DNA of 64,000 nucleotides, taken from an uncultured cyanobacterium. GTDB lineage: Bacteria; Cyanobacteriota; Cyanobacteriia; Cyanobacteriales; Nostocaceae. The stretch lies in the NCBI GenBank assembly GCA_963740315.1, contig CAVUDP010000002.1, forward strand, positions 928,001 to 992,000. The letters run 5' to 3'. Position 1 is the stretch's first letter, and the number at the start of each line of letters is the position of its first letter. Position numbers and translations under genes: made by a program. This document shows, one piece after another, positions 1 through 10,546 of this stretch. The notes under the pieces were generated by a model that saw nothing but the letters and a program-made list of their open reading frames with translations, was not told where the DNA came from and ran no database searches.

Positions 1-97
1 TAAATAGATTAGGACTTACGCAAAGCCCTGCTTCCTCAAGGGGGGTTGGGAGGATCTAAGTTCTATAGATAAAAGCAGCATTAAATTAGGGTGTATA

Positions 98-943
98 ATG
101 GTTGACCACGATCGATTATTTAAAGAGTTAATTTCAACCTTTTTTATAGAATTTTTGGAATTATTTTTGCCGGATGTTTTAAAAGATATCGATCGAGATA
201 CGATACAATTTTTATCGCAAGAAGTTTTAACAGATGTGACTTCTGGAGATAAAAAAACGGTGGATATACTTGTAAAAGTAAAGTATCGGCAGCAAGATAC
301 CTTCTTTTTAATTCACGTTGAAGCGCAATCTTACAGTCAGGCAGAATTTGCCAAGCGGATGTTTCAGTATTTTGCGCGACTCCATGAAAAATACGATTTA
401 CCCGTTTATCCAATTGTAATTTTCTCCTTTGACGAACCAAAACGCCCGGAGCCTTGCAATTACAGCGTTGCTTTCCCTACTTTAAATGTATTGCAATTCA
501 ACTTTGCGGCAATTCAGTTAAATCAATTGAGTTGGAGAGATTATTTAACGCAACGAAATCCAGTTGCTGCGGCTTTGATGAGCAAGATGAATATTGCAAC
601 TTCCGAACGTCCGCGAGTAAAAGCTGAATGTTTGAGATTACTACTTACTTTACAATTAGATCCGGCGCGGATGCAATTGATTTCTGGGTTTGTGGGTGTG
701 TATTTAGATTTGAATGCACAAGAAGAGCGAGTTTTTGAAACTGCGATCGATAGAATGGGATTAAATGATGATGAGCAGGAGGAATATATGGAAATGTTAA
801 CTAGTTGGGAAAAAAAAGCTGCTGAAAAAATAGCGATGAATTCGCTACGAAAAGGTATGACGGTAGAAGTAGTTGCAGAAATAACTGAGTTAACTGTGGA
901 GCGGGTACGGGAGTTACAAACGCAATTACGAAAGGAAAATTAA
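98..943 (+). CDS. Rpn/YhgA-like PD-(D/E)XK nuclease (recombination-promoting nuclease / putative transposase family)
   Basis: N-terminus DHDRLFKELISTFFIEF, D..HVEAQ nuclease motif and RMFQYFARL..YPIVIF segment, all typical of cyanobacterial Rpn-family proteins. Confidence 0.85.
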   Translation: MVDHDRLFKELISTFFIEFLELFLPDVLKDIDRDTIQFLSQEVLTDVTSGDKKTVDILVKVKYRQQDTFFLIHVEAQSYSQAEFAKRMFQYFARLHEKYDLPVYPIVIFSFDEPKRPEPCNYSVAFPTLNVLQFNFAAIQLNQLSWRDYLTQRNPVAAALMSKMNIATSERPRVKAECLRLLLTLQLDPARMQLISGFVGVYLDLNAQEERVFETAIDRMGLNDDEQEEYMEMLTSWEKKAAEKIAMNSLRKGMTVEVVAEITELTVERVRELQTQLRKEN

Positions 944-974
944 CAAATATATGGAAATGTTAACTAGTTGGGAA
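783..974 (+). repeat. 29-bp perfect direct repeat AATATATGGAAATGTTAACTAGTTGGGAA at 783-811 and 946-974
   Basis: Direct base-by-base comparison. Confidence 0.95.
788..943 (+). CDS. Putative internally initiated small C-terminal protein (RpnS-like, 51 aa)
   Basis: In-frame ATG at 788, with a perfect AGGAGG (777-782) 5 nt upstream. Confidence 0.6.
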   Translation: MEMLTSWEKKAAEKIAMNSLRKGMTVEVVAEITELTVERVRELQTQLRKEN

Positions 975-1163
975 CGCGAAGGTGCCCAGAAAGAACGACG
1001 AGAAATGATTGGCGGCTTTTTGAAAGCAAAATTTGGCAATCTTGATGCTCAATTGGAGGCAATAATTCTTCAATTGATAGATTTACCAAGAGAAGAGTAT
1101 ATTATGCTAATTCTACAAATGTCGCGTGAAGAGTTAATATCACAATTCGAGAGAGAATCTTAA
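951..1163 (+). CDS. Orphan Rpn C-terminal cassette (DUF4351-like small protein)
   Basis: Begins MEMLTSWE, identical to the internal segment of the upstream gene, then continues with a different C-terminal domain. Confidence 0.7.
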   Translation: MEMLTSWEREGAQKERREMIGGFLKAKFGNLDAQLEAIILQLIDLPREEYIMLILQMSREELISQFERES

Positions 1164-1230
1164 TAGAGAATCGGGCATTGAAACTAAATATTAATTCAAT
1201 GCCCCATGCCCCATGCCCCATGCCCAATTC

Positions 1231-2829
1231 CTAAGCAACCAATTGCTGAGAATTCATTTTTTCAACCCAATTAATTTTACCTTGACGCACTTCATCACAT
1301 GACGGCATTTGTTTTAAACGCATTAATTCGGTAATTGCTGCAATATCTTTATCGTGTTGAGAGCCAGCAACAGCTAAAATTTTATTATCTTTAACGTAAA
1401 AAGCCAGAAATTCTTGCTCTTCTAAATTACCTTGAATGATAATATCGTCAAAACTTTCGGCGTGTCCGGCATAACGCAACTTTACATCAAATTGTCCAGA
1501 CCAGAAAAAGGGAACGTTGTCAAATTTAACTTTCTCTCCTACCATATTACGAGCCGCAATCCTTCCGTGCTGTTGCGCTAACCGCCAATGTTCTATGCGG
1601 GTGGGTTCCCCGGTTGCAGCGTAAGGAAAACGAGCGATATCTCCAGCTACATAAAGATTATCGGCTGCTTGCAAATATTCATCTACATTTACACTATTGT
1701 CTTTTTCGTTTAACTCTACTCCCTGCAAAAATTCGGTAACGGGTTGAACTCCGATACCAACTACTACTAAATCTGCATTTAAAGTTTCGCCATTTTCTAA
1801 TATTGCAGTTTCAACTTTACCGTTACCTTCAAACTGAAGCACTTTGGTTCCCATCTGGAAAGTTACGCCATTGGATTCGTGCAGTTTCTGAAACATCGTA
1901 CCTATATCTTTTCCGAGAATTTTCTCAAAAGGTACGCTTCCCGGTGCAACTACAGTTACCTTAATACCGCGTTGAGTCAAACTTGATGCTGCTTCCATAC
2001 CGATGAAGCTAGAACCTACAACTACAGCAGTTTTGGCGTTTTCGGCAGCATCTACAATTTTATCGGCATCTTCGGGCTTTCGCAGGGTAAAAATATTATT
2101 TAAATCGGCACCCGGTACTTTTAAATTATTAGCTTTACCACCAGTTGCTACCAATAAAGCATCGTATTCTAAAGTCGTGTTATCTGCAAAAGTAATAGTC
2201 TTTTTCGCCGCTTCTACTTTCGTAACCGATTTGCGATCGCGTTTAATATCCCATTCTTTGTAAAATTCTGCGGAGCGTAATACTAAAGAATCCTTTTGTG
2301 AATCGTTTTGCAAATACTTTTTACTTAAAGCAGTGCGATCGTAAGGTAAGATATCTTCACGAGTTAACATGACAATCTTACCTACAAAACCAGCTTGACG
2401 TAGGCTTTCCGCTGCCGCACTTCCCGCAGCACCAGCCCCCAAGATCGCAAAAGTGCGGTTATCTTCTTGCAGATTAGATTTCACCATATCTGGCGTGCGT
2501 TGAGCGGGGATTTCTTCGGGCAACTCTACAATTAAATCGAGTCCCTCTACCCTGACAGAAAAACGAGGCAAAGCATCAAGCGCGGGTGGTTGTTCTAGGT
2601 TGCCACTTTTAATATTAAAACAAGCATTATGCCAAGGACAAACTACCTTTTCTCCATTCAATATACCTTTTTCTAAAGGTGCGCCGTAATGAGTACAATG
2701 TGCTGCTGTTGCAAAAAATTCATCTTCAACTCGCGCCAGTAAAATCTGCTTATCTCCCACATCAAAGGAGCGCATCTCACCTTTTTTTAAATCTGAAGCA
2801 TTTGCGATACGTACATCTTTATAATTCAT
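1231..2829 (-). CDS. Rieske [2Fe-2S] domain plus FAD/NAD(P)-dependent oxidoreductase (AIF3/ferredoxin reductase-like)
   Basis: CTHYG..CPWH Rieske ligands; GAGAAG and GSSFIG Rossmann motifs; FFWS reductase C-terminus. Confidence 0.92.
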   Translation of the reverse strand: MNYKDVRIANASDLKKGEMRSFDVGDKQILLARVEDEFFATAAHCTHYGAPLEKGILNGEKVVCPWHNACFNIKSGNLEQPPALDALPRFSVRVEGLDLIVELPEEIPAQRTPDMVKSNLQEDNRTFAILGAGAAGSAAAESLRQAGFVGKIVMLTREDILPYDRTALSKKYLQNDSQKDSLVLRSAEFYKEWDIKRDRKSVTKVEAAKKTITFADNTTLEYDALLVATGGKANNLKVPGADLNNIFTLRKPEDADKIVDAAENAKTAVVVGSSFIGMEAASSLTQRGIKVTVVAPGSVPFEKILGKDIGTMFQKLHESNGVTFQMGTKVLQFEGNGKVETAILENGETLNADLVVVGIGVQPVTEFLQGVELNEKDNSVNVDEYLQAADNLYVAGDIARFPYAATGEPTRIEHWRLAQQHGRIAARNMVGEKVKFDNVPFFWSGQFDVKLRYAGHAESFDDIIIQGNLEEQEFLAFYVKDNKILAVAGSQHDKDIAAITELMRLKQMPSCDEVRQGKINWVEKMNSQQLVA

Positions 2830-2857
2830 AATACCTTTTCTAATTTTCTAATCTCAT

Positions 2858-3000
2858 ATTTTTATCCGGAATTATTCGTTGTCTTTTCGAGAAGCTAAGA
2901 GAAATAGAAATAAATAGCTTCTAAATTATAGACAGTAAAATAAGACAACGAATACAACTTTCGTCGCCAATCCATCAAGTAATTACCGGATATGGATATA
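2858..3000. mobile_element. Degenerate MITE-like element with nested inverted repeats
   Basis: TATCCGGAATTA near the left end pairs imperfectly with TAATTACCGGATA near the right end; internal ATTCGTTGTCTT pairs with AAGACAACGAAT. Confidence 0.4.
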
Positions 3001-3225
3001 GTTCAATTATTAGAATAATTTTAAACTTATGATTCTCTCTAAAAGATGATTTTAGATAAATATCGAATGTATTTTCTCTTTCTATTCTCTTTCTAAAGGT
3101 ATAGTTACTATTCTCTTAAGTAAGATTTAATGTTGCAAAACCCGATTTTTATTACCGGGTTTTTTTAATTGGGCATTAAATATAAATTTATAAATTTCTT
3201 TTTTTTTAACCCGTTTTTGCTTTAC

Positions 3226-4203
3226 CTAATCGCTCGTAACTGGTGGTGATTTCTGTTCGACTTCCAAATCCGGTAAACCTTCCAACTTTTCAGCAATCCT
3301 CTCTGCTGGTAACATGGGTACAATTACGCTTAAACCACCCGGAACGCACTCTACTTCTAAAGGTGTATTGCCAATCATTTCCCCATCTAAAACAATTTTT
3401 TGCGGCGGATCTGTGGTGATTTTTACGCGCTTGGCTCGCAAATAACCGATGTCATCGCGTTTGGCTGCATCTCCCCGCAAACCCGTTTGTAGTAAGTGAT
3501 AGGAGGCTGCGATCGCGGCTCCCCAGCTATTAGATGAGATGATGGTAATATCAAGTAATCCATCGTCATAAAGAATACCTGCCGGACCCTGAGCTAATAC
3601 TGATGTTGGCGGTGCTGCATTCGCCACAGTTAAAGCACCAGCAGAAACGCGAATAATTTTGTCATCGGTTTCAATTTCAGCTTCAAATAGTTCTAATTCT
3701 CGTAGTTGCTGTATTCCGGAAACCAAGTAAGCTAAAGCACCCCAGCGTTGTTTTGCATCTCGCGAAGCATGTTCTATGGTTTCAGCTTCAAAACCGATAC
3801 CAGCCAGCAACGTCATCAATCTACCGTTGCATCTACCAATATCAATTCTCCGGGTTTTACCAGATAAAATCGTTTCGCAAGCTTGATCCAAAGTATCGGG
3901 AAGACCTAAAGCAGAAGCAAAAGCATTGGCAGTACCTCTAGGTATTATTCCTAAAGGAATACTTGTTTCCCCTAAAGCTCTAGCTGCTTCTGAAAGAGTA
4001 CCGTCACCACCAGCGGCAATCACAATTTCAAAATCTTTTTTTACAGCTTCTTGGGCTATTTTATCGGCACCAATCTCTTCTGTAGTAAATTGAATATCTA
4101 ACTCAAATTGAGGAGATAAAAGTTCTTTTATTCTCTCTAACTCTCGGTCGGGGTCGGCTGTACCAGAAACCGGGTTAAAAATTAAACAAGCTTTTCGAGT
4201 CAT
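3226..4203 (-). CDS. YegS/Rv2252/BmrU family lipid (diacylglycerol) kinase
   Basis: IFNPVSG, AAGGDGT, IPRGTANAF and LDGE motifs. Confidence 0.92.
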   Translation of the reverse strand: MTRKACLIFNPVSGTADPDRELERIKELLSPQFELDIQFTTEEIGADKIAQEAVKKDFEIVIAAGGDGTLSEAARALGETSIPLGIIPRGTANAFASALGLPDTLDQACETILSGKTRRIDIGRCNGRLMTLLAGIGFEAETIEHASRDAKQRWGALAYLVSGIQQLRELELFEAEIETDDKIIRVSAGALTVANAAPPTSVLAQGPAGILYDDGLLDITIISSNSWGAAIAASYHLLQTGLRGDAAKRDDIGYLRAKRVKITTDPPQKIVLDGEMIGNTPLEVECVPGGLSVIVPMLPAERIAEKLEGLPDLEVEQKSPPVTSD

Positions 4204-4586
4204 AGCAAACTGTGGCGGCTTACCGAGATAGAACTTACGAATGTTATTCGATATTCAACGATTTTGAACAATATTTACCAAAAAGAAATCTAGCTGAAGG
4301 TGTAATTTTCGGTTTATTTATCGCAAAAAAACTTAAGAATAGATGTTAAAAGTTTTCGCGATCGCCAAAATACTTGCTCATATTTATCAAACTCCATCAT
4401 CCTTACGTTTCAATTATCCCTACCTCTTTCTATATAAAAAAATGTTACTCCACAATCTATCTATAGATTAAGGGTTATCGGTAAAGCTTCAACTAACATT
4501 GGTAGCAGAGAGAGAAAAGAAGATTCAGTTGAAAATCAAAACTGAATTATATAAATGCCGTCCGAAAAAGACAAGGAAGATAATTA

Positions 4587-5279
4587 ATGTTTTTCCATAA
4601 GAAAGAATTAATCGAAAAAGAAGTAAAAATTGACGCACCCGATCCGCGTTTCGCTCAACTTTTACTAGAACAGTTTGGTGGTGCAACTGGCGAACTATCC
4701 GCAGCTTTACAATACTGGGTGCAGTCTTTCCACACCGAAGACGCGGGTATTAAAGATATGCTGCAAGATATCGCCACCGAAGAGTTTAGCCACTTGGAAA
4801 TGATTGGTAAACTCATAGAAATGCATACCGATAACGTAGACCAAACCGATGCATTTAAAAGCACTTTATTCGCAGTACGCGGTAAAGGACCTCACTTCTT
4901 AGATTCTCAAGGTTCTGCTTGGACTGCAACTTACTTGAATGAAGGTGGTAGCATGGTGAGAGATTTACGCGCAAACATCGCAGCAGAAGCAGGTGCGCGT
5001 ACTACCTATGAATCTTTGATTCAATTAGCACCAGACCAAGGCACCAAACAAACTTTAGTACACTTGTTAACGCGGGAAATTTCCCACACCAAGATGTTCA
5101 TGAAAGCCTTGGATTCTATGGGTAAATTAACAGAACCATTCTTCGGTAACATCCAACCCGATTCTACCGTAGACCTTTACTACAACTTATCTAGCGACGG
5201 TGCAAAAGATGAGCGAGGTCCTTGGAACTCCGACGAAAACTTCCGCTACATCGCCGATCCAATGAAAGAGAAAGTATAA
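4587..5279 (+). CDS. Manganese catalase family protein
   Basis: EQFGG..GE, DIATEEFSHLE, NIAAE and REISH metal-ligand motifs. Confidence 0.93.
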   Translation: MFFHKKELIEKEVKIDAPDPRFAQLLLEQFGGATGELSAALQYWVQSFHTEDAGIKDMLQDIATEEFSHLEMIGKLIEMHTDNVDQTDAFKSTLFAVRGKGPHFLDSQGSAWTATYLNEGGSMVRDLRANIAAEAGARTTYESLIQLAPDQGTKQTLVHLLTREISHTKMFMKALDSMGKLTEPFFGNIQPDSTVDLYYNLSSDGAKDERGPWNSDENFRYIADPMKEKV

Positions 5280-5326
5280 ACTGTTTGACACTCGTAACAG
5301 ACTTACTACTTAAACTACAAGTAACT

Positions 5327-5362
5327 GGGGAAAGGTATATTATTGCCTTTTCCCTTTTTTAT
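5327..5362 (+). terminator. Probable intrinsic terminator
   Basis: GGGGAAAGGTA..TGCCTTTTCCC stem followed by a T-run, just after the catalase stop. Confidence 0.6.
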
Positions 5363-5376
5363 TATCAACTATAATC

Positions 5377-5865
5377 ATGAAAAAATTTGATTATTCTTTA
5401 GACTATAAAAATATCGATTTTCGCAAATCTCCCGAACTTTATATAGTAGGTAAAGGGGAACAGGGAGTATTAATGGTAGAACCGTATAAATCAGAAATAT
5501 TGCCTTATTGGCGGTTCAAAACTCCGGATATTGCTAAAGAATCAAGCCAAAAAATTTATCAATTATTTTTGGATTATCTAGAACAAGATGATTTTGTTGG
5601 TGCAGATATGGCGCGAAAGTTTTTGCAAATGGGCTATACCCGTGCGCGTCGATATGCTAATCATAAAAGTGGTAAAAAATATCGTAGCAATCCCCAAAAA
5701 GCTACCTCGGAAGAAGAAGAAAAAAAACTGCGTCAAGAAATTTTACCGAATGAAGTTGACCCCGTAAAAGCAGAATCAGCGGCGATATTTAAAGAGAAAT
5801 GGCAGCAAGCTAAAAATAACGAAAAGTATTTACAGCTTAAAGCGAAACATAACAGTGAGCAGTGA
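5377..5865 (+). CDS. DUF4385 family protein
   Basis: GKGEQGVL.VEPYK, WRFKT and DMARKFLQMGYTRARRYANH motifs. Confidence 0.88.
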   Translation: MKKFDYSLDYKNIDFRKSPELYIVGKGEQGVLMVEPYKSEILPYWRFKTPDIAKESSQKIYQLFLDYLEQDDFVGADMARKFLQMGYTRARRYANHKSGKKYRSNPQKATSEEEEKKLRQEILPNEVDPVKAESAAIFKEKWQQAKNNEKYLQLKAKHNSEQ

Positions 5866-6119
5866 GCAGTGAGCAGTGAGCAGTTAGCAGTTAGCAGTTA
5901 GCAGTTAACAGTGAGCAGTTAAAAATTGTGATTCCCAATTCCTAATTCCTAACTTCTTATTTATAACTTTCAATTCTAAGTCTTTAGGTAGATTAAAAAA
6001 TTCACATTTTTATCTTCGGTTGGTTTCGGTAAAGAAGAATTCAGCTTAAAATCATTATATAAATTTATACAATAACTGTTTGCTGCTCACTGATAACTGC
6101 TCACTGTTAACTGATAAAA

Positions 6120-7673
6120 ATGAATTCTTATACTAAAACCATTCTTCGCGATATCGGTTTGTTTCTTCATGTACCGGGAATAATGGCTTTTTTATCGATA
6201 CCTATTTCTCTGCTGTGGGGTGAATATTACGCAATTTTACCTTTTATAATCTGTGGGATTGCACCTTTAATAATAGGACAATTGCTATTTCGTTTATTTT
6301 CTCCTGGTGCTGAAGAAAGTAAAATTCGCCATGCAATGATTACTGTGGCTTTATGTTGGTTAATTGTACCTATTATTGGGGCAATTCCATTATTAACGAT
6401 CGCCTCAAATTTGGCAGCTTTTCCAGAAACACCCCAAACTATTCTGAATTTTCAAAATCCTTGGAATGCTTTATTTGAATCTTTTTCTGGGTTTACCAGT
6501 ACCGGGTTATCGGTTGCACTCCGAGCTAGTCAATTACCTCATAGTTTGCAATGGTGGCGAAGTTTTATGGAATGGGTTGGTGGTGTAGGTGTGATTGTCT
6601 TAGTTATATCGCTTTTAGAACCTACTACCGATGCTTATCAACTTTATTCCAGTGAAGGAAGAGATAAAAGAATAGCTTCTAACGTACAAGCGACAGCAAG
6701 AAGAATCTGGTGGATTTATTTAATATATACAATCGGTAGTATTTTTATATTTAGAATTGCGGGAATGCCTTGGTGGGAAGCTTTAAACCACGGTATGGCG
6801 GGAATGTCTACTGGAGGTTTTAGCGTTCGCGATGATAGTATTGGCTCTTATTCTCCGATAATTCAAATGGCTGTTATTCCGACAATGATTATCGGGGCTG
6901 TTAGCTTTCCAGTTCACTATCGGCTATTAACCAAAGGACGTTTATCTGCATTATGGAGCGATAATCAACATCAAGCTTTATGGCTTTTATTAGCTAGCGG
7001 AATTGGCTTTTTAGGTTTGATAAATTACAGTTTTTTCGGTTCTCCTTTGTGGCTGCACACAGTCTTTCAATGGGCTTCTGCTCTAGGTACTTGCGGGTTT
7101 AATACTATTGATTTATACGATTGGAGCGATCGCGCTAAACTATTACTAACTTTAGCAATGATTATCGGCGGTACTGCTGGTTCTACCGTTGGTGGATTTA
7201 AGTTAAATAGATTGGTATTTTTGTGTAAAGGAGCAGTTTGGAGACTCCGTAGAATTTCACTGAAATCTCATGAATCAATGAACTATAAACTTGACGGTGA
7301 AGTTGTGAACGAAACAGAAGCCTCTCGTCGGATAGAAGCAGCAGCAATTTTAGGCTTTCTATGGATAGTAATATTAATTATTGGGGTATTTGTTTTATTA
7401 CAGCTAAATTTACCAGACTATAGTTTGAGTGATGTTTTATTTGAAGCTGCTTCGGCTTTAGGAAGTGTAGGTTTATCAGTCGGTATAACTAGTCCCGAAC
7501 TTCCTTGGTTAGGAAAACTAACTTTGATTATATTTATGTGGATGGGAAGATTAGAAATCATCCCAGTTTTAATTCTTTTTACTGAAGTTGGGAAAAAGAT
7601 GATAAGAAGTAATAAGGTCTGCATGTTAAAGGTCAAAGGTCTGCATGTTAAAGGTCTGCATGTTAATAAATAA
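6120..7673 (+). CDS. trkH: TrkH-family potassium uptake membrane protein
   Basis: Four pore-loop motifs (SGFTSTG, STGGF, LGTCG, LGSVG), plus GSTVGG and MWMGRLEI. The extreme C-terminus is repeat-derived. Confidence 0.9.
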   Translation: MNSYTKTILRDIGLFLHVPGIMAFLSIPISLLWGEYYAILPFIICGIAPLIIGQLLFRLFSPGAEESKIRHAMITVALCWLIVPIIGAIPLLTIASNLAAFPETPQTILNFQNPWNALFESFSGFTSTGLSVALRASQLPHSLQWWRSFMEWVGGVGVIVLVISLLEPTTDAYQLYSSEGRDKRIASNVQATARRIWWIYLIYTIGSIFIFRIAGMPWWEALNHGMAGMSTGGFSVRDDSIGSYSPIIQMAVIPTMIIGAVSFPVHYRLLTKGRLSALWSDNQHQALWLLLASGIGFLGLINYSFFGSPLWLHTVFQWASALGTCGFNTIDLYDWSDRAKLLLTLAMIIGGTAGSTVGGFKLNRLVFLCKGAVWRLRRISLKSHESMNYKLDGEVVNETEASRRIEAAAILGFLWIVILIIGVFVLLQLNLPDYSLSDVLFEAASALGSVGLSVGITSPELPWLGKLTLIIFMWMGRLEIIPVLILFTEVGKKMIRSNKVCMLKVKGLHVKGLHVNK

Positions 7674-7896
7674 CTACTAACTAAATATCATTGCCGAAAT
7701 CAAGAAAAATCTATCTTTGGAATGAATTGTTATCTCTATAATTATCTACAAAGATACTTGTAAAATCTGTTGGAATTCTTTAAGTTATGATTATTAAATA
7801 GTTTCATACGTAGATAAGGTAATCTTATTCATTAATAAAAAATAATAGATAAATAAATCAAGCAAATAATTATTATGTAGCAAAAAGGAATTTATT

Positions 7897-8406
7897 ATGA
7901 GCTTTCAAAAAATCCTTGTAGCTTTGGAATTTTCACCCAGAGATGAAGCTGTGTTTTCCGAAGCCGTAAATTTAGCTCAATATATAGGAGCGCAATTAAC
8001 CCTAATTCATTGTTTGTCGGATTTGACCGAAATGGCAATGATGTCTCAAACAAGTCTGGGTAGCGGGTATGGTTTGTCTGGAAGTATTGCTGGAAATACT
8101 ATGTCCCCAGCAATGGCGAACATGGATTTAATTGAGTCAGCCAATGTTAGCAAGCACGAACAAGCTCAAAAACATTTGGCGCTGTATCAACAAGAAGCTT
8201 CTGCACGAGGTATTTCGGTTCAATCCAAATGTTATGAAGGAACTGGCAGCGTAGGTTCTCAAATTTGCCAAATTGCCCAAGATTTGAATGTAGACTTGAT
8301 AATTTTGGGTCGTAAAGGACATAACGGTATTGCCGAAGCATTTTTAGGTAGTGTCAGCAACCATGTAATGCATCATGCTCCTTGCGCTATCCTGGTGATT
8401 CAATAA
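7897..8406 (+). CDS. Universal stress protein
   Basis: FQKILVA N-terminus and DLIILGRKG..LGSVSNHVMHHAPC C-terminus. Confidence 0.93.
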   Translation: MSFQKILVALEFSPRDEAVFSEAVNLAQYIGAQLTLIHCLSDLTEMAMMSQTSLGSGYGLSGSIAGNTMSPAMANMDLIESANVSKHEQAQKHLALYQQEASARGISVQSKCYEGTGSVGSQICQIAQDLNVDLIILGRKGHNGIAEAFLGSVSNHVMHHAPCAILVIQ

Positions 8407-8718
8407 GTATAGTAAATTCAGATTAGTTTATGACAATCTACATCTAGAGAGTTAGTCGATCGCTTTTTAATATCTGTCACTTGAATGCTGTTTTCAGCTT
8501 TTGTAACCTTTATTCTATTAGTTAATACCAAATACGGGCTGCAAAGGAATTGAATATCACTGCTTTTGATAACTTGAATTATTTTGAAATGTTTAGCTTA
8601 CCTAGCAGTTTGCTGCATGCGGAAATAAAATCAAATATCAAAGATAAGATAGGCAGCAGTTATATGCATTAAGTCCTGATAGCTTATCGATGGCGGTCTA
8701 ATTTAGCTGGAGAACAGA

Positions 8719-9153
8719 ATGAAAACATCAATACCGACTAGAGGACAAAGAGAGAGAGAACTTTCGCAACGCATTCAAGCTTTATATTCTAATCAATTAG
8801 GACACAGACCAACGAAAGTTACTTGTCAACTATTTGATAATTCTTTAGCGATTGTGATGGAAGATTCAATTACTCCAGCAGAACAACTATTAGTAAATCA
8901 AGGGCAAGAAGATTTAGCCGAACAAGTTCGTTCTGGTTTGGATGATGCAATAGAACCAAAACTTAAAGCGCTGGTTGAGGAAATTTTAGAAGTAAAAGTA
9001 TTAGATATAATGGGCGATGCAACTTTAGAAACTGGTAGGAGCGGTATTGTTATCGTGCTATCTGATACGCCGGAAGTTCGCAATCCAGATGCAATTCCTA
9101 AAGCAAAATCTAAAGCATTAAACGATCGCAATGGAGGTAATGCTTCTATTTAA
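8719..9153 (+). CDS. DUF2294 (MpsC-like) protein
   Basis: LGHRP..V.C and ITPAEQLL motifs; paralogous to the next ORF. Confidence 0.8.
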   Translation: MKTSIPTRGQRERELSQRIQALYSNQLGHRPTKVTCQLFDNSLAIVMEDSITPAEQLLVNQGQEDLAEQVRSGLDDAIEPKLKALVEEILEVKVLDIMGDATLETGRSGIVIVLSDTPEVRNPDAIPKAKSKALNDRNGGNASI

Positions 9154-9323
9154 TAATTTTAATAACTATTACTGCTTGAAGGGTAATTAAATAGGTCAAT
9201 CAAAATCAATAAAAAGAAAATCTAATTACCCTTTATCAGTTGGGCTATTAACGCTCCGCAAGAAGGTATTTTACTTTATTAAATAAAATTAATAAATTAC
9301 GGCTGTCTTTAATAGGTATTACT

Positions 9324-9737
9324 ATGCATTCTCAAATTTCACACTCTCAATCTCAAAACTCGGAAGCAATTCTTTCCGAACGCATACAGTCTTTGTTTGT
9401 AAATCAGCTTGGACATAAACCTGAAGATGTCTGCTGCAACTTCTTGGAGAATAAGTTAACAATCGTAATTAGGAATGCTGTTACTAAACCCGAACAGTTA
9501 TTAATAGCAGCAGGTTATGAAGAAGTAGTTAGAAAAGCAAGAGGTCGTATTGAGGAGATTTTGCAACCTCAGTTTAAGGAAATAATTGAGGAAGTAACAA
9601 ATTCTCAAGTTACAAATATGCTTTTTGCCACTCATCTTGATAGTAATTATGTTAGTATTATTGCTTTATTTGCAGATAATTATCAGCTTTCTTCCAATGA
9701 AAAAGGGCAATCTAGTAAGGGTTCTGTTTCAAATTAA
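9324..9737 (+). CDS. DUF2294 (MpsC-like) protein
   Basis: LGHKP..V.C and VTKPEQLL motifs. Confidence 0.78.
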   Translation: MHSQISHSQSQNSEAILSERIQSLFVNQLGHKPEDVCCNFLENKLTIVIRNAVTKPEQLLIAAGYEEVVRKARGRIEEILQPQFKEIIEEVTNSQVTNMLFATHLDSNYVSIIALFADNYQLSSNEKGQSSKGSVSN

Positions 9738-10140
9738 GATAGCGGCAAATTAATTCTTCTATTTCCTCAAGCATATAAGGCTTGCTGATATAAGCATCAA
9801 AACCAGCTTCTAAAATCCGCTGTTTTTCCTCAACCCTTGCTAATGCTGTTACCGCAATTACAGGTATATGCTTTGTTGAGCTATCTTGCTTCAAACTATG
9901 AAACAAATCGATACCATTTGCTTCTGGCAACATGATATCTAATAATATTAAATGGGGTTGAGATTTTTGTGCAGTTAGCAGTGTTTTCTTACCATCAGCT
10001 TCCCCAATAAATCTACAGTTTAAAGAATCGACAACATAATTAATTATTAATAAATTATCTTCGTTATCTTCAACTGCCAAAACAAGAGGACGCTCCGAAA
10101 TGCACTGCTGTTCGCCAGATTCGTAAAGTTCCATTTGCAT
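9712..10140 (-). CDS. Single-domain response regulator (CheY/DivK-like)
   Basis: VED, LLDIMLP, VTA and SKP receiver motifs. ATG at 10140 preferred over the upstream start in the ORF track. Overlaps the convergent DUF2294 gene by 26 bp. Confidence 0.85.
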   Translation of the reverse strand: MQMELYESGEQQCISERPLVLAVEDNEDNLLIINYVVDSLNCRFIGEADGKKTLLTAQKSQPHLILLDIMLPEANGIDLFHSLKQDSSTKHIPVIAVTALARVEEKQRILEAGFDAYISKPYMLEEIEELICRYLNLKQNPY

Positions 10141-10546
10141 AGTCTGCTCCGTGCATAGTAAATTTATATACCTGCCGCCAGCACAGACGAGACTTTTCTC
10201 CAGCAGCCACAACGACGCTTTATAGTGGATGAATTGGCTCGTAGCTCGCCTTCTAGGTTAGTAATCCTTTGCTTAGTTTTAATTAAAAGGAAAGGAACTA
10301 TCTAAGCTGATACAATCAGAATATTACAGTAAATTATAAACAAAATTCTACCCTTTGAGGCGACAATTAAATAGTTTTCGCCCAAATTATAGTGTTAATA
10401 ACCAAATTTAATACATTTTGTCGTATTTTTTTTACATCCTACAAATTATAGTTCCATAATGCGATTTAGATAATTTTGCATGAGTTGCAAGACTTATTTG
10501 AAGTTGCTATTATTTCGACTATTATCTAACTACTTGCTTTTAGGAT

